From a virus, in IMG/VR virus record IMGVR_UViG_3300043540_000091, positions 1 through 64,000 of that record: a DNA stretch of 64,000 bases. One strand, written 5' to 3'. The notes under the pieces were generated by a model that was not told the origin of the DNA, ran no database searches, and saw nothing but the letters and a program-made list of their open reading frames with translations. Below are positions 45,773-54,998 of the stretch, one piece after another. Both the position numbers and the translations under genes were made by a program. Position 1 is the first letter of the stretch, and every line of letters begins with the position of its first letter.

Positions 45773-46962
45773 TAGGTAGCACCTTGATCACCGGCCTTCG
45801 AGTTGTGCGACTCGACTGATATGGCGTTACCTTTATCGTCTTGCACTTGCCCTGCTGCGACGGAACGCCACTTGGCCTTGCCATCGACGATCACCTTCTT
45901 CTTGCGGTTCTTAACTGTTCCGACAGGATACCGAATCTTGAGAGCCTTGTTCAGCTCTTCGGTCAGCGACGTGACTTCAAACTTCTTGGTGCTGCCTTCC
46001 TTGCGGCTCTTCACCATACCAACAAGCTTGTGGATCAGCGTGACTACCTTCTTGAATGCCTCTGGATTCTTATCGTGAAGCTCCATCAGCTTCGGCATGC
46101 GATCCTGCACGTCGGCCAGGAGCTTGCCAAGCTTCTCATTGTCATCTCCAGAATCATCGTCAGATTCACTGTCCGACTCGTCTGAATCATCGTCGCTCTT
46201 GGACTTGGAGCTGTCTTCCGAGTCTTCGGAATCACTGGACTTCTCCTTTGACTCAGTCTTCGGCTTGTCGCTCTTCTTCTCGCCGGACAGGGCTTCGAGC
46301 AAGCTGTCAGGCCCTTCACCTTGTTGTTGTTGCTCAGCCTGCTGCTGTTGTTGTTGCATCATCTGCTGCATCTCCTGAGCAGGTCCCATCAACTGCGATA
46401 CCGTAGCTTGGATGAGCTGATTCTCTGCCTCGAGAGCTTGCTGCGGATTAAGGCCAGGGACGTACTTGCCGACAGAATCTTTGCTCGAATCTGCCTTGGG
46501 AGACGGTGGATGAGTCTCGTCGAACAGATTCGGCTGGAAGTTGAAGGAATCATCCTCGATCTGGAGACTCTTCTTCATCTCGTCGTATGACTCATCTTTG
46601 GGATCGTACAGCTCGATGTCGTTCGTGTATACAGACTTCTTTGCGGCCAACGCAGCCTCTCTCAGATTGAGGCCCATGCCGACAGCCATGAGCATGCCGA
46701 ACACCTTCTTGTATCCTGCGAGGATCAGCGGGAGTTCTTCTGCTACTGTGACGGGAAGTTCTAGGATCTGACGTTCGTAGGTCGACAGCTTTACCTGTCC
46801 ACCGCGCTCGCCGACGAGCTTGTTGACCTTATCAGCGACAGACTTCAGTTGATAGTCTAGGCCTTGAGCTTCGGACAGATAGCCGCTGTCGACCAGATCT
46901 CTGATCTTGTCGGCTACGCCGTCCGTTATGATCATTACCCAAACTGATGTCTGCGTTGACAT
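45772..46962 (-). CDS. protein with degenerate mCpol (minimal CRISPR polymerase)-like N-terminal domain
   Basis: TDGVADKI...GGQVKLSTYE...VGMGLNLREAALA...IELYDP follows mCpol layout, but DGD and GGD are eroded; Q-rich and acidic linkers. Confidence 0.55.
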   Translation of the reverse strand: MSTQTSVWVMIITDGVADKIRDLVDSGYLSEAQGLDYQLKSVADKVNKLVGERGGQVKLSTYERQILELPVTVAEELPLILAGYKKVFGMLMAVGMGLNLREAALAAKKSVYTNDIELYDPKDESYDEMKKSLQIEDDSFNFQPNLFDETHPPSPKADSSKDSVGKYVPGLNPQQALEAENQLIQATVSQLMGPAQEMQQMMQQQQQQAEQQQQGEGPDSLLEALSGEKKSDKPKTESKEKSSDSEDSEDSSKSKSDDDSDESDSESDDDSGDDNEKLGKLLADVQDRMPKLMELHDKNPEAFKKVVTLIHKLVGMVKSRKEGSTKKFEVTSLTEELNKALKIRYPVGTVKNRKKKVIVDGKAKWRSVAAGQVQDDKGNAISVESHNSKAGDQGAT

Positions 46963-46976
46963 CGGATCTCCTCATC

Positions 46977-48923
46977 TTAGATACCGTGGTTCTTCTTGAT
47001 CAGCAGCCTTGCTTTAAGAGTCAAGAGGAACATCTTCACTGCTTCTGGATCGGCATCCTTGTCAAACTCAAGTCCGTACGTTCCATCGCTCTTTCGGATG
47101 GCATGAACGAACTTGGCCGGATGCCCTTCCTCGTCCTTCTTCAGAACTCTGAAACATGCGCACGGAGTAAACTCAGGGTTACCGTCTTCGCCCTTCACGA
47201 ACTCGGGCTTGCCACATTCCGGACAGGTAGACTTGAAGAGCATCTCTTCTGTGGCGATCTCGGTCTTGCCGAGCTTGCTACGGAAGTAGTCGCTCTTGGT
47301 CATATTCGGCTTCATGGTCGGGTTCTTCGGCTTCATAGCGCCTGGAGTCTGAGGAGGTTTGTACCCGCCGGTACCAGACATCTGAGCTTGCTTGGCTGCA
47401 GAGGCCTGCGGATTATTGCCAGCCGGTACCGGAGGTTTGGGAGGCTGCGGAGCGTGAGGAGCCTTCGGCTGACCTGCGCCTTTCGGCATCTCCGCCTTGC
47501 CCATCTCTTCCTTCTTGACGTGCTCGGGAAGATCTCTACCTTTAGACTCCTGATCCCAGTGATGAACAGCTTCCTTGCCGCCGAGAGCCTTGGTCCCAGC
47601 ATCGGTGTGAGCCCAGCGACGCTGAGCATCTGAAGCGTATGGCTTGGACAGAAGTTCTGACTTCGGAAGGTTTGGCTTAGGCATCTTCTTATACTGAAGA
47701 AGATCTCTCTGGCGTCCCCAGAATGCAAGAGGAGATTGTCTGCTGTCGCCTCTGGCCTTCGGATGAAGATGTTCGTTTGTTCCAGACGGCTTGACAGCTG
47801 CGTCAGCTCGCTCTTGTCGAATCTTACGCTTCTCTCTGTCGGATGGACCAGACTCGAGCTTGGCCTTCTCCATCTCTTCCTTCTTGATACCATCAGAAGA
47901 CATGCGCTGCTCTATGCCGGTCTGTTGTTCCTTCTGTGTGGCAGCCATGCGCGGAGACGCGATGTTGCGAGATGCCTGCTGGTTTGCTGCCTTGTTGCCA
48001 TCAGTCGCAGTGGACATGGCTTGCTTAGCCATCTTACCTTCAGCGGCATCTTCGCCTTCCTTGACCTTCTTAGGTTCTGGGCCTTCCTGAGCAAGCTTCT
48101 GAGTAGGTTCTGCTTTATGGTCACGGACCTCGAGGATGGACTGTTGCTTCTCTTTGATTGCAGGATTCGCGGCGATTGCCTTGATGTCAGCCTTGTTCTT
48201 CTCTTCTGGAGTCTGAGCGTTCTCACGCTTCTGCGGATCGCCCTCGACTTCCTTCTCAGATACCTTATCCAACTCGTCCTCCAGCTTCCTGCCAAACATA
48301 TGGCGAGCGGTCAACGAGTCGACTAGCTTGCCTATTACTGCTGTAAGTTCGCGCACGTTTGCGTGCGACATCTCCCACTTGATCTGTTCAGGATCGCTCG
48401 CAGGCTTAACGTTGGCAAGCTCTATCATTTGGTGTAACGCGGAGAACTCAGGCTTCTTACCTTCCTCAGAGTGCTTCTCCTCAGAGATTTCCAAGGCCTT
48501 TTCGTGATCATAGACCTTTGCTACTTCAGGCTTATTAGCTTCACCGAACTCATCATACAACTCGCCGACCGTCATGAGGTGGGCAGACGCTGCGGGAAGG
48601 GACTGCTTCTCGAACGAATGAATAACTCGACCGCCCGACACAAACTCGGCGCGGTACTGGTCGATGTCCTGCTTCTCAAAGTGGATGGCGATGTCGTCGC
48701 GACCAGGGAACTTGACGTCCTTGATCTCACCTGGTTTCATGGGCTTGATCGTTTGGATAAGCCACGACAGGATGGTACGCGGGACGACGATGAGAGGAAG
48801 GTAGTATTCCAAAGGATCTACGACAGCCTGAGTCCGTTGCTTATAGATGGCCTTCTCGAGAGTCTCGTACCCTCGATCACCAAGCATGGCTTTAAGCAAC
48901 TTCTGGCTGTCGTTCATGAACAA
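46977..48923 (-). CDS. putative internal head protein with C-terminal zinc ribbon
   Basis: LEKA, MEKA, LPKS, MGKA, MTKS, LGKT, LFKS motifs; CPECG...CAC. Confidence 0.65.
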   Translation of the reverse strand: MFMNDSQKLLKAMLGDRGYETLEKAIYKQRTQAVVDPLEYYLPLIVVPRTILSWLIQTIKPMKPGEIKDVKFPGRDDIAIHFEKQDIDQYRAEFVSGGRVIHSFEKQSLPAASAHLMTVGELYDEFGEANKPEVAKVYDHEKALEISEEKHSEEGKKPEFSALHQMIELANVKPASDPEQIKWEMSHANVRELTAVIGKLVDSLTARHMFGRKLEDELDKVSEKEVEGDPQKRENAQTPEEKNKADIKAIAANPAIKEKQQSILEVRDHKAEPTQKLAQEGPEPKKVKEGEDAAEGKMAKQAMSTATDGNKAANQQASRNIASPRMAATQKEQQTGIEQRMSSDGIKKEEMEKAKLESGPSDREKRKIRQERADAAVKPSGTNEHLHPKARGDSRQSPLAFWGRQRDLLQYKKMPKPNLPKSELLSKPYASDAQRRWAHTDAGTKALGGKEAVHHWDQESKGRDLPEHVKKEEMGKAEMPKGAGQPKAPHAPQPPKPPVPAGNNPQASAAKQAQMSGTGGYKPPQTPGAMKPKNPTMKPNMTKSDYFRSKLGKTEIATEEMLFKSTCPECGKPEFVKGEDGNPEFTPCACFRVLKKDEEGHPAKFVHAIRKSDGTYGLEFDKDADPEAVKMFLLTLKARLLIKKNHGI

Positions 48924-48926
48924 TCC

Positions 48927-49325
48927 TTAAGTGTTTGAGCCGCTGTTCGGATTGTACTCAAGCTCATCGGAGATCTCATATCCGAAGCAGGTCGCTGCGG
49001 ATGCTATGATGAACAAGTCTGAACCCATGGCTATGATGGTGTAAGCGTTCGGAGTCAGAGCGATACCATCAGCGCCGCCGGTGGGAGCAGTCACTGACGA
49101 GTTAGGTCCAGTCTTTGCCCAAGCCACAGATGACGAGTTGTTGTAAACCGCTATCAACCTGCCCATCTTGGAGGCTGCTTTGGCAGCATTCAATGCTCCC
49201 ATGATCGAGACTTTTCCAAGGATAGGGCCTAAGGTCTTAAGTGCTCCAGATTCCTGGTTAAAAGAGTAGTCAGTGGCCGTTGAGCCAACTCTATCCTGAC
49301 TAGCTTTTGATCGCTTCATGTTCAT
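48927..49325 (-). CDS. putative structural protein
   Basis: AGGAG RBS, follows a late promoter. Confidence 0.65.
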   Translation of the reverse strand: MNMKRSKASQDRVGSTATDYSFNQESGALKTLGPILGKVSIMGALNAAKAASKMGRLIAVYNNSSSVAWAKTGPNSSVTAPTGGADGIALTPNAYTIIAMGSDLFIIASAATCFGYEISDELEYNPNSGSNT

Positions 49326-49347
49326 GGGAATCTCCTATATACGCTGA

Positions 49348-49356
49348 AAGATTAGG
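49348..49356 (-). promoter_or_regulatory. putative late promoter CCTAATCTT
   Basis: intergenic, ~23 nt upstream of 49325. Confidence 0.7.
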
Positions 49357-49357
49357 T

Positions 49358-50266
49358 TCATAGCATGCCGCCGTCCGGTCCAGAATCGTTTGGTCCAGTG
49401 ACTCCGCCAACGGGAGGAGCGCCTTGGAATCGCTGGTCCATGATATGCTGGTTCGGATCTCGGTTTTGGTCGCTAAGTACGTGTTCTCTAATGACTAATG
49501 CCTGAAACGGTGTACGCTGAAGCTTGCGATTGAAGGTTTCAGGATCGGTGACCTGCGAAACCCTGATCTCGTGGAGCATCCGCGCTACGATGAAGTACGG
49601 GGTATACCGGTATCGGATGGAATATACCGTACCACGGCCAAGCTTCTCGTTGAATCCTGGTCGGTCCTGGCTGATCCACTTGATGAAGCCTTCCTTGGTG
49701 ATCTCGAAGTGCGTTCCTTCCTTGTATTCCTTGCCGTCCGCGTCGATTAGGTGCTCGACGCAGGTCGCTGGATACTGAAGCTTGTCTACTCCGGTCGTGT
49801 TCGCTTCGACATACTGGAAGGCGATGACTCGGACCTCGATATCTTTGAGGTAGAATCGGTCCCACGGTGCTAGAAGAACTTCCTTGTCTGGGCAGTTCTC
49901 GTACCATAGCTGGCTCGTCACTATCGCGACGTCGTGTTTGGTCATACCCTCGACCTCTACGTTCCAGTCGGACGTATTCTGGCTAAACCACAGAGTCAGT
50001 TCGCCTACCTCCTTGTAGATGAAGCCGTCAGACGACTGGCGTTTAGACTGGACAGCATGAACGTCGCCGATGGATGCCATGCCTGACGGATCTGGTATCG
50101 CACGCATGTGGATGACTTTGACGCCCTGACCTCTGATCAGACTCTCGAATGCTTCCATGTCGAAGGACTGCTGGAACTCGCCGAGCTTGAAGATTTGCTG
50201 CATCGCATCGGTCGGCTTGGAGGCCCTGGCTCGCGGACCGCCGCGACGTTTAGGATTGTCAGCCAT
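49358..50266 (-). CDS. head closure / head completion protein
   Basis: FESLIRGQG...PWDRF...YSIRYRYTPYFIV...HEIR pattern like Herelleviridae head-completion proteins; start MADNPK with AGGAGG RBS. Confidence 0.6.
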   Translation of the reverse strand: MADNPKRRGGPRARASKPTDAMQQIFKLGEFQQSFDMEAFESLIRGQGVKVIHMRAIPDPSGMASIGDVHAVQSKRQSSDGFIYKEVGELTLWFSQNTSDWNVEVEGMTKHDVAIVTSQLWYENCPDKEVLLAPWDRFYLKDIEVRVIAFQYVEANTTGVDKLQYPATCVEHLIDADGKEYKEGTHFEITKEGFIKWISQDRPGFNEKLGRGTVYSIRYRYTPYFIVARMLHEIRVSQVTDPETFNRKLQRTPFQALVIREHVLSDQNRDPNQHIMDQRFQGAPPVGGVTGPNDSGPDGGML

Positions 50267-50753
50267 CTTGGTCCTCCTTGAGGTCCTCGCAGTCTTGAGC
50301 AAGAGTCACCGGACTGGAAAGAGATGTGTCTCTCACCATGGCATACCGTGAAACTGTTCCGGACTTGAGTTCTTCCATTAGGTCAGACTTTCGCATGACT
50401 TCAATGGAACCCTTATTGATGTCGTATACCATGTAGACTCCGGTCTTGTCACCGTTTGTTGACAGCGGAGTCAGGATCGCATTGCGCATCCTCTGGAACA
50501 GCTCTCCTTCTGACTTGGTAAGATCTTCAGACTTATGGAAGTCTTCCTTCCACTTGATGTCATGCTTCTTGCTGGCAAGGTACTTGGCGATGGCGCGGTG
50601 AGGAGCCGCTCCAATCGACGAGATGGAACCATCCTCGTCCTTCATGAAGAACGCGTGCAGGCCGCCCTTGGTAGCGATATACACCACCGGCTTCCCATCG
50701 GTTGTCTTGCCAGCTATAGCCTTCTTTTCGATCTGATCAGAGCTGATCTTCAT
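50259..50753 (-). CDS. hypothetical protein with FHKSEDLTKSE linker
   Basis: 164 aa, two halves joined by tandem xxKS motifs. Confidence 0.65.
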   Translation of the reverse strand: MKISSDQIEKKAIAGKTTDGKPVVYIATKGGLHAFFMKDEDGSISSIGAAPHRAIAKYLASKKHDIKWKEDFHKSEDLTKSEGELFQRMRNAILTPLSTNGDKTGVYMVYDINKGSIEVMRKSDLMEELKSGTVSRYAMVRDTSLSSPVTLAQDCEDLKEDQDG

Positions 50754-51790
50754 TACTTCCTCTCATTGGCGGTCTTTACGTTGTCCGCCAGCTTCTGCAT
50801 AGAAGACTTCATCGAGTCGGGCTTGACTTCATCCAGCTTCTCGTCGCGTATCCGGCCTGGATCTGGCTGAAAGTTAGAAGAGCGCATCGGATCTTCTGTG
50901 ATCTCATCTTCTCTTCGCTTGTACCAGTTCTTTACCCTCATCTTGAAGTCTTCAGATTCCACTTCAGGCATCGACTTCGACAGTCCTGTAGGTTTCCTGA
51001 ATGGATTGAGCTGGCTTATGGCGGTGAACTTATTTACATAATCGCTGCTGGACAGCTTATCCTTGGTGATGTCGCGTGGCATCAGATTGTGGCCATGCAG
51101 CCACGCATACGCAGCTCTCTGCAGGTTACCACCCTGTCTCCTTATCACATGCTGAGCAAGCCTCCTGGCCAACCCAAGCTCGATCTGCGGATTCTTCTTG
51201 AAGTGCTCGTCCAGCTGGTCGCGCGACATGTTCTCCAGCTTCGCATACTCTGGAGTCAAAGATCCGTCCATGCGCATCCTGCCAACGAGTTCCTTTACGG
51301 TAGGCTTGAGCAATCCCCACTTGCCAACCGCTCTCATCCCCTTGAACTTGCCAGATCTGATCGGTTTGTGATTGACGTTGTTGCCTCCAGAAGATTCGAT
51401 CTGCTGGATGTTCCAAAGGAAGCTGTCGCTCGGATGACTGCCGAAGTCATCTTTGGGAGCTTCTGCCTGGACAGGAGTTGCATGCATCGAAGGAGATACC
51501 ATAGGATGCGGAGCTTGTGTAACGGAAGGAACTGAAGAAGCCAGGGCAATGCCGAGTGCCGCAGCCTTGGATCTGAGAGACTTCGATATCTCGGCGTCTT
51601 CAACCCAAGACCTCATGTTGTGGCCATCTAAGTATTCAGCAATGCACTGTACTGCCTCTTTGAGAGTACTGCAGCCCATGGCGATGTCTTCGGCCATCGG
51701 GAAATGCATGTAGACCTGCGCCAGATCCTCGACATCGGAGATCTTGTACCACTGGCGTTCTCCTGGCGCGAACTCAACATACAAAATCAT
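50753..51790 (-). CDS. lytic transglycosylase (lysozyme-like fold) protein
   Basis: IQQIESSGG (catalytic Glu), AVGKWGLLKPT, AYAWLHG, YVNKF motifs. Confidence 0.75.
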   Translation of the reverse strand: MILYVEFAPGERQWYKISDVEDLAQVYMHFPMAEDIAMGCSTLKEAVQCIAEYLDGHNMRSWVEDAEISKSLRSKAAALGIALASSVPSVTQAPHPMVSPSMHATPVQAEAPKDDFGSHPSDSFLWNIQQIESSGGNNVNHKPIRSGKFKGMRAVGKWGLLKPTVKELVGRMRMDGSLTPEYAKLENMSRDQLDEHFKKNPQIELGLARRLAQHVIRRQGGNLQRAAYAWLHGHNLMPRDITKDKLSSSDYVNKFTAISQLNPFRKPTGLSKSMPEVESEDFKMRVKNWYKRREDEITEDPMRSSNFQPDPGRIRDEKLDEVKPDSMKSSMQKLADNVKTANERK

Positions 51791-53625
51791 GCAGCTCCTC
51801 TCTGGCCAGCTATCCTGCTACGGTAGGATTCAGCCCAAGATTTGAGCATCTCCTTCTTGTCTTCCGGCATTTCGTCGATGGCGTTGGCGATGGCTTCCAT
51901 GTGAGGGACTTTGTACACCGGATTGTTGTCCTTGTCATAGCCCTTCATCTCCCAGAAATGCCGAAGCATCCGGTTCTTTGGATCTACGTCTGGGTTGGAC
52001 CGAACGGCTTCAGTCTCCATGTAAGGATTGCCAGCCAGAGACTTGAACGCAGAGGCCGCTTCCTCCGGAGTCATGCTGTCCAAGATGTTCTCGAGCGCAG
52101 ACCTCAGCATGTGAGTCTGGTTGTAGGTAAGATTCGGCTTGCGGTTCACCATGTCGGCGATTGCAAACATAGCGTCGCGCTTGTCTTTAGGAAGTGAGCG
52201 TATGGACTTGGCGCTGATCCGAGGAGTCTCCGGCTTCTTGATCCTGGCCGACTCAAAGGTGTTTCCCAGTGACTCTTGGTTGTACATGTGATCTGAGTCA
52301 GGATCTGCAGCCATCGACTTGGCCCACTGGTCCATCTTATGCCAACGGTCCATGAAGTTGCTACGGATGTGCTTGCGAAGAGTCTCGTCCTTGACTGAGC
52401 TGAGTTGATTCTCCATCTCGTCTCTGATGTTGCCGCCGTTGCCGTTCCACCAGTCGACGAGATCTTGGTGAGAATGCCAACCGCCGCCTGCCGAGTTCTG
52501 AGCGTGGTTCAGGACAGAGCCTTTTATGTAAGCCCAAGGCGTTTCCTTGTCCAGCGGAGACTGATCGGCTGCGCCGCCGAACATCATTCGCTGCCTGCGA
52601 TTCATGGCAGAGTCTTTGATTGGCTTATGGTACTGGAAGTTGCGTTCATGGTCGATGGCTAAGACAGGATCGTATCCGCGAGCATCGCTGTGACTGCCTA
52701 CCATCAAGTTACCCTGGTGCCGATCGAGATTGTTCGCGAGGTAGTCCATGACTCCGATCTTATGCACGTCAGAAGGATTCACAGTTCTCTCGATCCGGTA
52801 TCCACCGCGCGGCTGCCACACCATCAGAGAGCCTATCGGCTTATGGTCCTTGGCGAACTTGTGCACGGTCAAAGGGACTCCTTCATGTTCATGAGCAGAG
52901 ACGTCTTCCGCCAGGTGACCGATCTTGCCAGCGTTGAAGAGTACCTTCGTCGCCATTGTTGCCCAGCCGGTGATCGGAGCTTTAACCCAGCTCTTGGTGT
53001 GATACTCAAGCTTCTTATGGTACGGCTTGGCCATGTAGATGTCGGTATACACCGGCGGCTTGTGTACAGGACGAACCATCTTGGCAGAGATACCTCCGAT
53101 CGAGTCATCGTCGTGAGCGGCTACCTTCTCTGGGCTCGCCAATAGCTTGCCGTAGTCAGCGTGCACGGGAAACTGTTTCAGGTGTGCGGCATGGTCCACA
53201 GTCAGGTGCGCGTCGGGATGCTGCTTCTTTGCTACGCGATTCCAGTCCTTCGCCTTGACTGCCTTCGAGAGGTCGCTGAGAGACAGTCCATTGAGATAGC
53301 CGGTAGTCTCAGAAGCAAGGCGCTCGCATGACTTTCTAAGCATACACTTCTCGAAGTTCGATCCTACCTGATGGTTTATCTCCTGGGCAAACTTGGGATC
53401 GGTAAGATAGGACTCTACGAAACGTAGAACATCCATGCCCTTTGACATCCGCTTCATGATGGAAGGCGACTTCGACTTCACGAGAGCGGCGAATGCGTCT
53501 GCGGCTTCCTGTCCAAGCTCAGACGACAAGGCTTCGACGAACGCATCTACGCGCACGACCTCCGGAGATCCTGTTTTCTCTAGGCGGTCATATCGTCTGT
53601 CGAGCCAGCGTCTGATCTTACCCAT
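51787..53625 (-). CDS. PI3K/PI4K-HipA-like kinase domain protein
   Basis: YMAKP (ATP-binding Lys), DYLANNLDRHQGNLMV, VLAIDH. Confidence 0.8.
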   Translation of the reverse strand: MGKIRRWLDRRYDRLEKTGSPEVVRVDAFVEALSSELGQEAADAFAALVKSKSPSIMKRMSKGMDVLRFVESYLTDPKFAQEINHQVGSNFEKCMLRKSCERLASETTGYLNGLSLSDLSKAVKAKDWNRVAKKQHPDAHLTVDHAAHLKQFPVHADYGKLLASPEKVAAHDDDSIGGISAKMVRPVHKPPVYTDIYMAKPYHKKLEYHTKSWVKAPITGWATMATKVLFNAGKIGHLAEDVSAHEHEGVPLTVHKFAKDHKPIGSLMVWQPRGGYRIERTVNPSDVHKIGVMDYLANNLDRHQGNLMVGSHSDARGYDPVLAIDHERNFQYHKPIKDSAMNRRQRMMFGGAADQSPLDKETPWAYIKGSVLNHAQNSAGGGWHSHQDLVDWWNGNGGNIRDEMENQLSSVKDETLRKHIRSNFMDRWHKMDQWAKSMAADPDSDHMYNQESLGNTFESARIKKPETPRISAKSIRSLPKDKRDAMFAIADMVNRKPNLTYNQTHMLRSALENILDSMTPEEAASAFKSLAGNPYMETEAVRSNPDVDPKNRMLRHFWEMKGYDKDNNPVYKVPHMEAIANAIDEMPEDKKEMLKSWAESYRSRIAGQRGAA

Positions 53626-53626
53626 G

Positions 53627-54520
53627 TTACACGTTTGAACTGAATAGGTTGTTCCCGAACATGGTCTTGAGCTGCTTCACGATGTCCTTATATCGGGTAT
53701 CCAGAGCCTGCCTCTTGTCCTGCAGAAGCTCGATCATCCGATCGTTGATGGACTGGCTCAGGCCGTCGATGGACATGGACTGCGATGCGGTCCTGAACAG
53801 CGGCAAGAGAAGATCGCAAGCGTAGATCGCGGCCATCGAACCGATAGCCTCGTTGACGACGACAGGTACGGTCCCGTCCTCGCACATCAGGCCGGTCTCG
53901 CACTCCACCGTCCAGTAGGCCGGTACCCAGCCCTGCTGACCGATGAACTGAAGTATCGTCGCGCCAGCCGCGCCAGTGGCGTTGGCCGTTCCAAGCGCCG
54001 TGAATGCCGGTGACAGCGGGTTCACGTTCAGGTAGCCACGGACGGCATTGCCCATCTCGATCCAGTCGGCTGGAATGCGATAGATCTCCCCGCCGGACGG
54101 AAACTGCTTGTTGGCTTCCAGGTTACCCTGATCGTCCACTACTTCGGTGTAGTTCGAGGATACGATAGCCATGCGGATCACGCGTCGGATCGGCTTGAAG
54201 GGGATCTCGAGGAAGATGTGCTGGTTGTAGAGGTTCGGATCGAATGCCAGCCTATGACGCAGGACCTTGGTCTGTACCAAGGCCTTGGTATCCAGCTGAA
54301 ACTTCGCCAAGCCACGTTTGATAAAATCCTCAAGATCCTCAGGAGTTAGCTTCTCCTTAGTAATCGGAGATACCAGAGGAATACCGAACAAGAATCGACG
54401 GGCCATCTTATTGCCGTCGAGCATCGGCTCAAGTTCGGCGTATAGACCGGTTCCGTCTATCGCACGCTCTGGGAACACTGCGCCTGTTGGCTTCTTAGCC
54501 TTTGAAAAGTCTGAACTCAT
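53627..54520 (-). CDS. head-tail adaptor/connector protein
   Basis: FLFGIPL...VPAYWTVECETG...SQSMSIDGLSQS resembles the Herelleviridae adaptor. Confidence 0.7.
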   Translation of the reverse strand: MSSDFSKAKKPTGAVFPERAIDGTGLYAELEPMLDGNKMARRFLFGIPLVSPITKEKLTPEDLEDFIKRGLAKFQLDTKALVQTKVLRHRLAFDPNLYNQHIFLEIPFKPIRRVIRMAIVSSNYTEVVDDQGNLEANKQFPSGGEIYRIPADWIEMGNAVRGYLNVNPLSPAFTALGTANATGAAGATILQFIGQQGWVPAYWTVECETGLMCEDGTVPVVVNEAIGSMAAIYACDLLLPLFRTASQSMSIDGLSQSINDRMIELLQDKRQALDTRYKDIVKQLKTMFGNNLFSSNV

Positions 54521-54927
54521 TAGCAGAAGAACCTTCCAGAATCTGCATCAGAAGCGATGAGCCTGCCGTCCAGCAGGAGGGTTTCGGACAGTCCGCCATC
54601 AGTCAGGACTGCAGTCACTGAGCCAGATATCGACTCGGTGGACAGCAGGGTGACCTTGAATATCGACCGATCGTCCGTTGGGTACACCATGATTCCAGAC
54701 CTGGTTATGACTCCGGCCTGGTCTATATTATCGAACGTGAACCGGAGAGTAGCGCCAGAACTTGGCAGCCACCTTTGAAGATCATCTCCAGGGCTGGCAT
54801 CGGCTGGCACCTGTATGATCTGAAAGTACAGGTCCTGCTGCGATCCGTTCACATGCTCGAATCTATCGACAGGACGGAACGTATTAAAACCCTTTACGTT
54901 TTCGAGTAAGCGGAGCATACGCTTCAT
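54520..54927 (-). CDS. putative structural protein (beta-sandwich)
   Basis: GGAGG RBS, first gene after the late promoter at 54957. Confidence 0.6.
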   Translation of the reverse strand: MKRMLRLLENVKGFNTFRPVDRFEHVNGSQQDLYFQIIQVPADASPGDDLQRWLPSSGATLRFTFDNIDQAGVITRSGIMVYPTDDRSIFKVTLLSTESISGSVTAVLTDGGLSETLLLDGRLIASDADSGRFFC

Positions 54928-54956
54928 GTCAGGACCTCCCTACAGGCGCTGATCTG

Positions 54957-54965
54957 AAGATTAGG
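54957..54965 (-). promoter_or_regulatory. putative late promoter CCTAATCTT
   Basis: intergenic, where structural genes resume after the early island. Confidence 0.7.
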
Positions 54966-54998
54966 CTCGATAATGACCTCATTTAACTTCTCGTATTG

